Shown here one piece after another: positions 13,401-19,200 of a DNA stretch of 53,460 nt; positions within the stretch are counted from its first letter, which is position 1, and each line of letters starts with the position of its first letter. The position numbers and the translations under genes are program-made. The notes beneath the pieces were generated by a model. The model did no database searches. It saw nothing but the letters and a program-made list of their open reading frames with translations, and was not told the DNA's origin. The DNA is from a virus (lineage: Duplodnaviria; Caudoviricetes): positions 1 to 53,460 of IMG/VR virus record IMGVR_UViG_3300001534_000001; one strand, given 5' to 3'.

Positions 13401-14838
13401 ATTGATCATTAGCCTGCTCAATCTTAGCCGTTACCAGGTTCTTTAAACCCTCTACCTTTGGCTGCATTGCCGGATCAATACCTGATTCATTATTTGCAAT
13501 ACCTTCCTGTACACCTTCCAATTGCCGCCTACCCAATATCAAGCTAACTGCGGCATTGAATTTATTTGGCTGCAAACCCTTTGGTATTGAATTAACCACA
13601 TCTGCGATTTCATCGACCTTTCCTTGTGTGTGTAAAATATCAGTAGCGCTCCATCCTTTTTGTTTCCCAATATTACCTAACTGAACTTTTATTGCCTGAA
13701 CTGTTTGTGGTGAACCATCCTTTTGCAAAACATCTACCACCGGATTAAGATATGGCGACTTATCGTACAGCATACCATCCGTAGAGGCCGCGTGTAGCAA
13801 TGAAAACCCAGCGGCAGGGGTATTTATCATATTTAAGGCAAATTGCCCTAATGAGCCGTTAGCTGGTGTGCTGTCATTGTAAACTGGTGAGGAAATATCC
13901 TTTACAATTTCATCACCGGTAACACCTGGAAAAGGTGCCTTATTATTTAAAGCATTAACACCTGCCTTTAAAGCACTCCTGGCAAGATTAGCCCCGGCGA
14001 AGTCAAGCGCAATATTAGGATATGCTTTTAAATATCCCAAACCAACCTGTCCAAACTTTTGAGAAAAGGATAATGTTTTGGCAAGGGCCTGCTGGCTGTA
14101 ATATTGTGAAATATCATCAGCCGTAGCATTTGCCGGTAAATCAGCAAGTGATCTTGTAGCATCAGCGGCTAATGAAGCGGTAACCTCATTCACAAGCGGC
14201 TGTCCCCCTACTTTACTTAATATTGTGCCGGTTACTGATTTACCTAAAGCGTAGCTGATAAGGCCGCTCCCATAAATCATCAACCTGTCTGTGCCATTAT
14301 CAAACTTAACTCCCTGTGCTTTTAGGTTATCAACGGTTCTTGACATATTGCCAACGGCCTGTAACCCCATGATCTTTGCGCCCTGTGATTCACCCCCCAA
14401 TAGCATGGGTATCATTTTACCTACAGATGCGGCAGAACTATTATTTATAAAATCCTGATTATATCCAAGGTTAGCGCCTTGGTCATACTTTGCCAAAGCA
14501 TCCATTTCGCCCTGCTGTATGTTTTGTTCATGGCCCGGATCAATAAAGCCAGCCTTAACACCCAAATCACCAATATCTGAATGTACTTGTTTTAATGCGT
14601 GTAACCCTTCACCAACGGCGTTCAATACACCAGCGTCAAACGGAATAACAACGTTTCTTACATGATCTGAAAAAGAGGGCTCACCTGCGGCAACCCTATC
14701 CGGCTTTTGTTGCGGGATATTGCCTACATTCTTATCTGCGTTTAGAATATTATTAGCATTTGGATCATAGATAGGAATTAACCCTGATTTAGCATCCGAC
14801 TCTGATTGCTGTTTGGTGTAAACAGGAGGGGACGGCAT
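1492..14838 (-). CDS. Giant polyvalent virion cargo protein with DarB-like N6-adenine DNA methyltransferase and SNF2-type helicase; intein-containing
   Basis: 4448 aa. Pre-methylase motif NMDAIFLLKKLESEDRNPSPEEKKVLAQFVGWGGL; SAM-binding LETSAGIGNFFG; motif IV IGNVPF; Walker A-like QEVGFGKS; Walker B ILDE^CH split by an intein; TGTPITN; helicase C motifs GSTEKMGVGVNAQ and QREGRILRPGN. Follows ejection-protein-like genes. Confidence 0.85.
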   Translation of the reverse strand: MPSPPVYTKQQSESDAKSGLIPIYDPNANNILNADKNVGNIPQQKPDRVAAGEPSFSDHVRNVVIPFDAGVLNAVGEGLHALKQVHSDIGDLGVKAGFIDPGHEQNIQQGEMDALAKYDQGANLGYNQDFINNSSAASVGKMIPMLLGGESQGAKIMGLQAVGNMSRTVDNLKAQGVKFDNGTDRLMIYGSGLISYALGKSVTGTILSKVGGQPLVNEVTASLAADATRSLADLPANATADDISQYYSQQALAKTLSFSQKFGQVGLGYLKAYPNIALDFAGANLARSALKAGVNALNNKAPFPGVTGDEIVKDISSPVYNDSTPANGSLGQFALNMINTPAAGFSLLHAASTDGMLYDKSPYLNPVVDVLQKDGSPQTVQAIKVQLGNIGKQKGWSATDILHTQGKVDEIADVVNSIPKGLQPNKFNAAVSLILGRRQLEGVQEGIANNESGIDPAMQPKVEGLKNLVTAKIEQANDQLTELATDKSFRYFEKEGKFWKQQNGEEPIEITKDRADLEDYEKEQEKKRAAQIAAPAESVQPNPPAPVAASPAVDASQLDDLDNELDAFKQQQAPAQTNAEKLDEVVAANPDRIIKATIPKNEQAKTNTEISAQQPADETAGAGKAIAPVNKTVENKPVVAETETTDVNKFLSPDQSIEPIKKGTAKIFDQHVDKDGNNIALITAKSQTGQDIATIRQIDKNGQLQLDARESGWKVPFRAKEYFYTLTNKEEPTNAISEQSTGKVGIRESSAMGEGLGSENRSEVPAGESAAKNEAGQVQGNDQKVAENPYYVSMGTAEKPEYVQVEGEPLNLKNNYKLDVFTHKLHGTDGYGVTEGSTGLSLGKGKTKEDAIEAYKRNLSKLTPAELQAKIDQSYESGLKSPRGTIKPEGENTDTENTEAVIAKATVTVGKAKATTRGSAKSAGVINEIDASIDEVDKELANAGLPQPSKESPSVITLGKDRTPYTHVGTNAAGKDLYENEHGVRAKDEGNGIFSQEKVNIIPTRQGVTVGLQPREDDFKTTDEKAPEPEQPKEEPKSEKQSKRAQYEDELKKAKKAFMDTFNKAMSGINPETIEKGIKLLAIYAKIGIHDFGEIVKDLYEDLGEKAGEVFDGLKAAYGAFATSADATDEEIEAMTNLKEVRKAKFEDYITKKENGTDNERQRVEGNTPSIPAGQLPGKAANAVPGKQTEEVPGRPDNNSGENGNADHGKQTVPEVRPGGSDDNGSPAGTGSGPDRQGGRSKNAGSGVPKNTEKRSLKPEDQNHYIRQDDEIGEGSPIEKFNKNMDAIFLLKKLESEDRNPSPEEKKVLAQFVGWGGLAEYLKGGEYSNEQAVNAAIAGKREVVRLNRWDNKILDFSKDGPINAPSYSSFSELANEIKNKLNNSGYPIGIDEVRKSLVSSLFTNDELNAAKNSTINANYTERQVINKMWELAKQLGFKGGNTLETSAGIGNFFGLMPKDLRDSTKLTGYELDSITGRMLKKLYPEAKITVSGFEKSNVQPNSQDLVIGNVPFAQKAPFDKNYPDISKFNMHNYFIGKSMRLLKPGGVAMVITSKSTLDGDPKFREWMSSPDGGNSVLVGAVRLPNNAFSENAGTQVTTDIVVFRKRDNNKINPLENEFRYTYPIEEKHFDKEGNQVPINVNEYYHQHPENMLGKMMTADEAGSGGLYGGKDATLHAPSGYNVISNLNKAIKSFPSDIMQQEQSAQVEKPVEETVEAIDKKEGSMFEKGGKIYMVRDGEGVAKYNEKPAEVKIAKAYIALKTTLLELIKQELSPVNAEANIEALRKELNKEYDAFVEKNKALHKNRAIKFLEDDVDYPLVQSLEEAKDKFVDDGKGGGKKVTEIKKSALFKKRINFPRTEPDAAENIKDAINISFNYRNGLDLNYISKLLGQPVADVKNTLINENLAFENPNTGLLESPEEYLSGYVRDKLDQAKAAVETDEKFNRNVAELEKVIPKDIPASLIQYSLGSTWVPPAIYEDFVKSLLGVDSTIKYKEALAKWDIASSYGLHDSRNRTTYAGGGVDGVRLLENALNNIQTTVSMPKADGGGIDAHATEEARERQAQIEDEFVTFMRSNKEAQDITEPIYNKIYNNFVERNWQTPNIDYYPGQSKTISLYDEQKRSVARGLAESTLGAQEVGFGKSFVQHILAMEAKRLGLAKKTMVVVQKATLGQYVTSFRRMYPTAKILAPSEADFSAENRAKLYAKISTQDWDAIIMPHSQFDMIPDKPERRKAYIQEKIDNLQKSIDEADNGADKKAIESKLRDLDHEMRLVDDPDALKMNAKGEYIEKKGKNVKNEAKKALSTEAKMERLLNRHTDRSALHFEDMGIDNLILDECFPYETPVLTTKGWLPIGLIVEQKLDLQVLSYNVLSGTYETKRITNWLRKPIVNKMLKVRHKYGTFVCTSNHHILTENGYIRAKDLTNNDRIIFTTLQVVSESPGQKGEVCILQHEMCVSIQSNPSHTGQSNREKSESNADMRMVQNKSSKSTVEKILFGTLCSEVSEQFATYSRAKETSRNLVGEKVFGDTKSKFVSQNEIKQSNEQPEICSKNESQYAGENIFVKGRQWDFNPAANYPMQSIGIAGGQYGVGDSDEACMGTIPIVAKSLQGGYWYARSDDSYRGRRENTQVEEMEVFGQAENGNFECVRVEGIEVYERASDAGFGFSNSPSDRVYDLTVADNHNYFAAGILVSNCHAYKKLGLTTSLQNIKGIDQTASKRAQSLYLKTRHIQEKTGGKNVNFFTGTPITNTMAEVWTWMRFIRPELVERLGITHFDQFVNTFGVIANDIEFNATGSFKNVNRFRSFKNAPELLTAFRSIAHVVLKDDVKEITDSGSVPKLLNGEKTKNIIPLTPPVKEILDSIVRQLKAWGNLSSQEKRLGRNRSIPVVLYGHAKVASIDPRMYNPEAQDHPDSKVNNLIKVIVKKHADTKAIKGTQMIFSDRQNSMTGERQYLDENEEFLNPAYGKKQFHLFEDMKKKLIAAGIPENEIAIATDPKYDKQERKQALFEAVNEGLVRVVFGSTEKMGVGVNAQKHLVAEHHLDVPNRPSDMVQREGRILRPGNENKIVEVSNNGMEGTADAMAYNVLMNKEKFIKQLMTTGTVERVIDDAAGEDVPTFDEMMARLSGSKYAIEKIKTDANIKREKTKKDIFFGRVIQAKRDLQSAQSNLNRNKAALNKDEFNAAKVEKSFPDGEILKVEVSGQPEATEKFPAAVDGYLDRLNKKYEESPTKYSTGEIKINGVPVQLSLHEGLGGSVLEYTILDLGIKDPYYTGKGIAVPSGKGVGLLSSLRSKLEDVIEKPGKTKALISQNTNNIEQLGHDIDQKFDDTHLKELEVRSETLKGLMIEEGVEKEKSENERLPAIDEILDQSNVKPILDAMDKLKAKPGGQMMGLLVPIPPAVWNGAIDILKNVVKATNSTQKAVRIAVKYIIDRGGDTAQASDFEQSINEMLAKTTIPQRHTAPDTNDTDTEANLVKAAIELQSKIKASSPDEKTFAKLPLIGLSKKQLHKYIEVAAVMAADPDGVLSSDLSGAIPPPKPPVTPPVTTGGEDGEPNRRIPKKEKIPMELIDAPESESPDEPDGVKKNYSLWGKLKDVHVRNLEQLKFYGKDMTDMTAFRAMLHFAASKSEANVNIKLSNDKINKLIGEDGYKVLREALMESRLRGTRERWQNFARDIRAMDDTELSDLFDAGKSSAVYSIIKDLEGYDDDENPAQSILALLDNQEYDDARDYLGQMFDNAADNVSFFGKLSNGKTFDEMTQPDGTGNLSFVNPKYQESLQQYKQLIEKPFRESHVTNEGIFSDALGPLDTYYPLSPVGKDAHKVVMPAKTKYNEPANINNHFTKGSADLYSSEISALAKKLSASFKTNNKAAAIRALYDAGLVAHVSGDSSDKYISINGVTYEATKVPVADARTIITNNQIIHTPTRYVLVPNWLYQEIKPIIEGDISDHDHYTAFGHILNATVNFMLGGPAEAVGHSYRLLSGIINSMPYMQEWAYQNGILGHAAGLVLNNPIVKIFGAMGKVLFTSPSSDEFAQDVQQMAAMGLIPEKTWTHTYSHEFAKSMGVEPTQFPLPWKDLLAGNFKKVFNKGKFLDFSPLLYGKNGIDLKARVTMFRLVRAMNPNATPEQYVKMLADMGQYTSSLQGKLEKFIKENGIAPFATFSRAYYRAGLKNLLMMTQMPIDNPFSKGGGGFDDPGKAGKFIYYKLAQIMTGGILGLIGYWMLIHKEVTGKWPSDDPHAKLLKVPIPEEWKKDAFIKKFYYNKRTNSWDDFSIGFTNIVADRGLKAVGAYKGYETAKLGGNIGQVIESSEIQAVNTYLSQYTASPLVSIPFTGTTGDAPYLSRIHNFRGQVEPSFLRKSKTAPAGLQMPENLAQGLFGINPMFEMANPISGSLDDDYNQKDYESGRFLKSILNIAAPQLMSPHGNDAKKAKSIKANANAIETTIKKEHENK
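6766..7833 (-). mobile_element. Intein (356 aa) inserted in the helicase DExH motif
   Basis: Starts CFPYETPVLT (block A); block B CTSNHHILT; ends VYDLTVADNHNYFAAGILVSN followed by extein Cys. Removal restores LILDE-CHAYK. Penultimate residue is Ser, not His. Confidence 0.92.
6774..7601 (-). CDS. Out-of-frame endonuclease nested in the intein: two CxxC/FCSxxC Zn motifs plus DUF559/Vsr-like PD-(D/E)xK domain
   Basis: 275 aa in the +1 frame relative to the host ORF. CRWC..FCSTRC, CEWC..FCSGHC, then YKVDIGMPDLMIAIEVDGKTH...ILNALGWKVLRFTNEQV. Confidence 0.85.
   Translation of the reverse strand: MDTSEQKTSPITTELYLPLCRWCQKVPVKKEKYVFCSTRCASLYKATQVTQDNPTGRNLNPMPICEWCKINPVKVRSKRFCSGHCAAKYRNSLPHIQEQKRLHGIWLGKKSLGIPSPSSSARMKLNNPMSNPKSVAKMKASMQGKTFLSRGGNGTLTPQQITLCKALGLPEDNMEWGIATRPVWGQFPSLPNHYKVDIGMPDLMIAIEVDGKTHRLKKWKFLDRRKTEILNALGWKVLRFTNEQVTQDLDLVIRQVTEFMTLQLPTTIITSPLAS
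11067..11375 (-). CDS. Overprinted (+1 frame) TnpV-like small protein inside the giant gene
   Basis: 102 aa. WKEIHLQFLRDNYPERLQMLYQENKLKKYLDDLTTTA resembles the TnpV pattern (W...HL.YL.E..P..Y..L...G.L..YL). The host frame here is low-complexity G/P/N/R-rich. A-rich sequence precedes the ATG. Confidence 0.65.
   Translation of the reverse strand: MEQTMNDSEWKEIHLQFLRDNYPERLQMLYQENKLKKYLDDLTTTAVKMEMQIMENKPSLKYDQVEAMITEALLAPEVDLTDREDVPKMPDQEYQKILKSVV
12483..12638 (-). CDS. Overprinted (+1 frame) 51-aa basic peptide MPFQSKAQEKWAFANHQPWAKDWAAKTDQKSLPEKV...
   Basis: Manual translation. TAAGGAGG (complement of 12648-12655) lies 9 nt before the ATG. Resembles short phage proteins beginning MPFKSKAQ (my recognition, unverified). 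Confidence 0.65.
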   Translation of the reverse strand: MPFQSKAQEKWAFANHQPWAKDWAAKTDQKSLPEKVQPKMKPGKYKVMTKK

Positions 14839-14891
14839 CTGTAATGCCGATGGCGTTGAAAGCCCTGGTATTGTTAAGTTTCTTTGTGTAG

Positions 14892-15101
14892 CTAATTCAC
14901 CAGTTTCGGGCTGAAAAGGTTGAGAAACCTTGTTAGAAGGCGATGAAGTAACGACTTTTTTTTTTGAGGCGTACTACCACCGAATAGATCAATACTATTA
15001 TCTGTAGAAGCGACAACGGGTTTGACCTGATGTGTCTGGATATAATTATCTAACTCATCATCGATACTGGTTTGTCCATCTTCTACGTGTGCCTTTGACA
15101 T
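14892..15101 (-). CDS. Short ORF, probable N-terminus of the giant protein through a -1 frameshift
   Basis: ATG 15101 directly follows the upstream stop (TAA T ATG). Contains CAA AAA AAA AAG. The -1 frame is open from there to the giant ORF. Confidence 0.7.
   Translation of the reverse strand: MSKAHVEDGQTSIDDELDNYIQTHQVKPVVASTDNSIDLFGGSTPQKKKSLLHRLLTRFLNLFSPKLVN
14955..14965 (-). other. Slippery site A10G containing A-AAA-AAG
   Basis: Plus strand shows c followed by ten t. Same heptamer as the dnaX/IS3-type -1 frameshift site. Confidence 0.7.
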
Positions 15102-15102
15102 A

Positions 15103-16878
15103 TTAATCAAGATTTAAATTATACTTCTTTGACAGAAAATCAATTTTTTGTTCCGGGGTTAATCCCTGAAATTTAGGATTAGCCTGTATCGCCTTTAATT
15201 GTTCCGTTGCGTTATCAAAGGTAGTAGTATTTATCTTTTTTATATTACTTCCTTTGATAGCATCGTAAGAAAATTTTATTGGAGTATTAATGGTATGTAC
15301 ATTATTAGCATCATGCTCACTTTTTATACCGTATGCAAATGGCTGAAAGGTGATGTTATTAAGAGAAGCCCCATTTTTATTTGTTCCGGCAATGATCTCC
15401 TTTAATTGCCTTGCAGATATTTCAGAACCATTAAAAGCATCCTTTTGCAACCCCTTAAATACTGGAACCATTTGTATCTGGCTTATCTTAACGTCCATGG
15501 GCTCCGTATTTTTAACTGTTTTTCCTGTTTTCATATCAGTGACCGAAGCTGGCCTAACAACCGTAGAAACTGCTGGCAGGTTAACACCGTACAAAGATGC
15601 TCCCTTTTCAGGCTCGGCCCCGGCTGAACCTCCGTGGTCTTGGTTCACGTATTGCTTCATTACCGGCACATAGCTGTTTTGATTGCCAATTGTTAACGTG
15701 CCCGAATCATTTTGCCTGTCAGCCACATAATCAGAAAACTTTTGCCTATCCCATCCCATACGTATTCTACGATCCTGCGCCTGATTATACTCATCGCTGA
15801 ATGTAGCCATATTTTTTTTATGAACATTATCATCCAACTGTTGTGCGGTATCGGTTATATCGCTTTGTTTCATTTTAGCGGCATTAGCTCTTATTTGCGC
15901 CTCCCTTGTAATTAAGTTATCATAAGCACTTCCTGGTTGAGTTGTTGGCTGCATTGGCGGTCCTGTTTGGTCTGGTATGCCATTGCTGTTACTATTTGCC
16001 GCGCTTCCAAATGAATTACCATAGGTCGTAACCCCCTGCGCCGCTAATGATGGGATATTTGGTAGACTACGGTAATGGTCATCTAATTGCTTCTTTATAA
16101 CAGCGGGATCGGTTTCATCTCCAATCTGATCAAATGACATTCCTGTATTTTTTTCAATACGCGACCTCATTTGCGGGGTATTATTGACAAAATTTGACGC
16201 AGTACGAATATTAGCATCGTGATCTGGCAAAACCATATCCTTCACTACACCATTTTGATCGGGCAATGATTTGGTTTCTATTTCTGCTGATTTTAGTGCG
16301 TCAATACCTTTTTGCATCTGATATGCCTTTTTAGGTCCCGGCATCATATCGCCATTTTTCATGTGATCGGCCAAACTTGTTTTAAAAAATGCATGGTAGG
16401 CATCCACAGAAGCAGGATCAATTTCCCCATTATCCTCGGCAATCATTTTATCGTATTCTGCGGCTTGCTTTGTATATGCGTCCCGCACGTCACCCATTTG
16501 CATGGCTTCTTGCTTATACTGATTATAAGCATCTACGCGGGCTTGTTTGGCTGGATCATTATAATATTGAGTTGGGTCAATCTTATCCTTCATCAACCCC
16601 ATTCCCTCATTGGTTACATCGCTGACCTTTTTATTAATTTCCGGTTGCCATAGTGTACCGCCCTTGATGCTCAACCTATTTGTTTGCCAATCCTTTGCCA
16701 ACTGCTGCGCTTGTTTCTGCGCTGCCGCTTTAGCATTAGCCTCCGCTTGGGCTTTCACGTCGATATAGTCCAATCCCTGCTGTATCCCCTGACTTTGTTG
16801 AGGCAGGATATAAGCGGCTCCTGTGCCTGCTTCGCCGAGAGGAACCGTATCGCCTGAAAATGTTGCAGCGGTTGGCAT
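15103..16878 (-). CDS. Putative internal virion (ejection) protein
   Basis: 591 aa, Q/A/D/K-rich helical N-terminus; lies between the pilot-like gene and the giant cargo gene. Confidence 0.55.
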   Translation of the reverse strand: MPTAATFSGDTVPLGEAGTGAAYILPQQSQGIQQGLDYIDVKAQAEANAKAAAQKQAQQLAKDWQTNRLSIKGGTLWQPEINKKVSDVTNEGMGLMKDKIDPTQYYNDPAKQARVDAYNQYKQEAMQMGDVRDAYTKQAAEYDKMIAEDNGEIDPASVDAYHAFFKTSLADHMKNGDMMPGPKKAYQMQKGIDALKSAEIETKSLPDQNGVVKDMVLPDHDANIRTASNFVNNTPQMRSRIEKNTGMSFDQIGDETDPAVIKKQLDDHYRSLPNIPSLAAQGVTTYGNSFGSAANSNSNGIPDQTGPPMQPTTQPGSAYDNLITREAQIRANAAKMKQSDITDTAQQLDDNVHKKNMATFSDEYNQAQDRRIRMGWDRQKFSDYVADRQNDSGTLTIGNQNSYVPVMKQYVNQDHGGSAGAEPEKGASLYGVNLPAVSTVVRPASVTDMKTGKTVKNTEPMDVKISQIQMVPVFKGLQKDAFNGSEISARQLKEIIAGTNKNGASLNNITFQPFAYGIKSEHDANNVHTINTPIKFSYDAIKGSNIKKINTTTFDNATEQLKAIQANPKFQGLTPEQKIDFLSKKYNLNLD

Positions 16879-16881
16879 TTT

Positions 16882-17061
16882 TTAGCTATTTAATTTTTTG
16901 TAGTTGTTTATTTTATCCCTAATTAAAGACAAATCATCAATAAACCCCTGCTTTTGGGTAATTGGAATATTAGGATTTATTATCATCTTTTCAGTTTCCT
17001 CTTTCGTCTCAATCATTGCTGAAAAGTTATTTTGTAGTGCTAATCTCGCGTTCTGTTCCAT
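16882..17061 (-). CDS. Small hypothetical protein (59 aa, MEQNARLALQNNF...)
   Basis: Manual translation. Fills the intergenic gap; leader TAAACATCAAAAATC-ATG is identical to that of the gene at 52421. Confidence 0.6.
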   Translation of the reverse strand: MEQNARLALQNNFSAMIETKEETEKMIINPNIPITQKQGFIDDLSLIRDKINNYKKLNS

Positions 17062-17084
17062 GATTTTTGATGTTTATTGTTTAA

Positions 17085-17795
17085 CTATATATGTCCCGCT
17101 GAAGGTAAAGGATTTCCATTTGCATCAAATCGGGGAGTGCCATCAGGAAAGGTTGCGTCACTCGTGCCAAAACCCTGCGCTATTCCTGTACCGTTCCCGG
17201 TTTTGCCGCCGTTATTCTTAGTGGTAGCTGCCCCATCGCCCACCTTCGAAAACGCATACTTTGCACCAAGCGCCGAAAGTGAATCAATGGCGCCGTAGGT
17301 GTTTGTCGCCCCGGCCTGTGTTAATGCCGCTTTCTCTCTTAACGCCTGGTCGTACTGCTGACGCTCCCATTCATTCTGATTTTGATATTGCTGGCCAGCC
17401 GACGCATTGCCGTTAAGATACTCGCCCAAAATACTTTGTTTGCCCTGCGCGCCCTGTACAGCCAATTGGTTATTTGCCTCGTTTTTTCCGTAAGCCATCT
17501 TTGTGGCAAGCCCTAAAATATCATTGCCGGATGTAGCGCCCCTTGCACCGTTATTAAAAGCATTGGAAAAGTTTGTATTTATATTTCCCTGAACGGCTGA
17601 ATAGCCGGGGAGTTGGTAGTTACCGTATTGCTGGCTTAATGTCCGGGCATTGTCCAATACGCCATAATTAACCTGATATCCTGGGTTCATAGGTTTAAGC
17701 CTGTTAGCCTGCGCCTGTTGGTCAGCCCCCTGTATTCCTTTATAAGCAGCGGCACCTGCTGATACCACTGTGCCCACAACCATCGCCCAAGCCAC
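17085..17795 (-). CDS. Putative ejection/pilot protein
   Basis: 236 aa; hydrophobic G/A-rich N-terminus followed by Q/N/A/G-rich helical sequence, typical of podovirus internal proteins. Confidence 0.6.
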   Translation of the reverse strand: MAWAMVVGTVVSAGAAAYKGIQGADQQAQANRLKPMNPGYQVNYGVLDNARTLSQQYGNYQLPGYSAVQGNINTNFSNAFNNGARGATSGNDILGLATKMAYGKNEANNQLAVQGAQGKQSILGEYLNGNASAGQQYQNQNEWERQQYDQALREKAALTQAGATNTYGAIDSLSALGAKYAFSKVGDGAATTKNNGGKTGNGTGIAQGFGTSDATFPDGTPRFDANGNPLPSAGHI

Positions 17796-18250
17796 TAATT
17801 ACCTCCTTGTATTAATTTTAAATTCGTATATGGTTCAATTATGCTACGCTCTATCTTTGCCACTGCTTCTTCTATAGCTTCCTTACTGTTATTCTTCGGC
17901 TTTATTCTTGTCGGATGGATATTAAACCAAACCATATTTTCCAATGCTATGCCCATTCTCCGGGTACCTGGTAACGTTATCCCATCGTATGAAGCCTGTA
18001 GTATCACCGCCTCATGCACTCCGTCATAAACCAATATCCTACCGCCTGATACAATAAATGCGCTTTCAGTCTTATGTATCTTGCTGGTTAAAATCGCTCC
18101 TTTTGGCAAGATCATTTTACGAATATAAACACCAGGCGCAAATATATGCTCAATTTTAACGTCAACCGGGGGCAACTGTGATATAAAAACCTCCGCATTA
18201 TCCATGAAGGCGTTTATAATTTCGGTATCGGTTGGTTGAATCAGTTCCAT
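17795..18250 (-). CDS. Cupin-fold phage protein
   Basis: HIFAPGVYIRKMILPKGAILTSKIHKTESAFIVSGG cupin-like pattern. ATG 18250 preferred because a TACATTTG box lies at 18260-18267. Confidence 0.65.
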   Translation of the reverse strand: MELIQPTDTEIINAFMDNAEVFISQLPPVDVKIEHIFAPGVYIRKMILPKGAILTSKIHKTESAFIVSGGRILVYDGVHEAVILQASYDGITLPGTRRMGIALENMVWFNIHPTRIKPKNNSKEAIEEAVAKIERSIIEPYTNLKLIQGGN

Positions 18251-18281
18251 ATTTGTTACCAAATGTAATTATTTTTATTAA

Positions 18282-19199
18282 TTAATACGTATATGCACTC
18301 GGGCTTGATTTAAAATCAACCTCAAACAATAAAACCTCAACTGTGTCAGTATTGGTAAGCAATACGCTCATCACCCTACCGCGCAATGGTTCGGCATTAA
18401 ACAGCGCATTAACCTGACTGCCTGAACTGAACCGGGGATCAAGAATATTCATCAGGAAATCAGCAAAGAAACTTCCCTGGTAATTATTAAACCTGTTCGC
18501 CAATAACCGTGAACTCATACCCAATGGCCTTTCCAGTACCGGATCAATATTAATATCCCCGGAATTGGCGCAAAACCATATCCTGTTAGATTGCACCCGC
18601 ATACTGTACCATATTTTAACAGTAGCAGGATCATAGTTGGCATAAAGCTGTATCTGTGAATTATACTGCACTCCATTGAAGTTATTCCTGATCGGGTTTA
18701 CATTGTGCTGCCACAACCCGCCATTTTTTAATGAAAAGAAATTATCGCCGAATTTGATATAAACCTCCTGCTGGAATGAATATTCACAACCCCATTGCTT
18801 TGTTTTGGAGTTGAAAGAAATGGTCCCCCCTTTTACCAATCCATTCACAGTATCGTAAAATTTTAAATTACTTACAGAAAGTACCCCGTTTGAATAAAAA
18901 CCAACACTGGCAGTAGTTGTACAGGTGATGGTATCAGTATATGTGCCATTTGCAGTACGTGACGCTCCAGCTACCGACCCGCAAATAATATTAACAGATC
19001 CGCTTACAAATCCGCTTACGGTATAGATAAAGGTGTACTGCCGGCCGATAATCAGCCCGTATGAATTTTTTGAGATTATAATACCCAAATTACAGGCAAC
19101 GTGCGAGGCTATCCCACCACTTACTGACCAGCCTGTTGTTAAGGCCGCTACCGATGGTTGAATATAACCGTTTGTTCCCTGTATGATTTGAAATGCCAT
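18282..19199 (-). CDS. Tail protein resembling the C-terminal part of crAss-like muzzle/stabilisation proteins
   Basis: TISFNSKTKQWGCEYSF...FFSLKNGGLWQHN...NNFNGVQY motif; coupled to the 1394-aa gene. Confidence 0.55.
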   Translation of the reverse strand: MAFQIIQGTNGYIQPSVAALTTGWSVSGGIASHVACNLGIIISKNSYGLIIGRQYTFIYTVSGFVSGSVNIICGSVAGASRTANGTYTDTITCTTTASVGFYSNGVLSVSNLKFYDTVNGLVKGGTISFNSKTKQWGCEYSFQQEVYIKFGDNFFSLKNGGLWQHNVNPIRNNFNGVQYNSQIQLYANYDPATVKIWYSMRVQSNRIWFCANSGDINIDPVLERPLGMSSRLLANRFNNYQGSFFADFLMNILDPRFSSGSQVNALFNAEPLRGRVMSVLLTNTDTVEVLLFEVDFKSSPSAYTY

Positions 19200-19200
19200 A

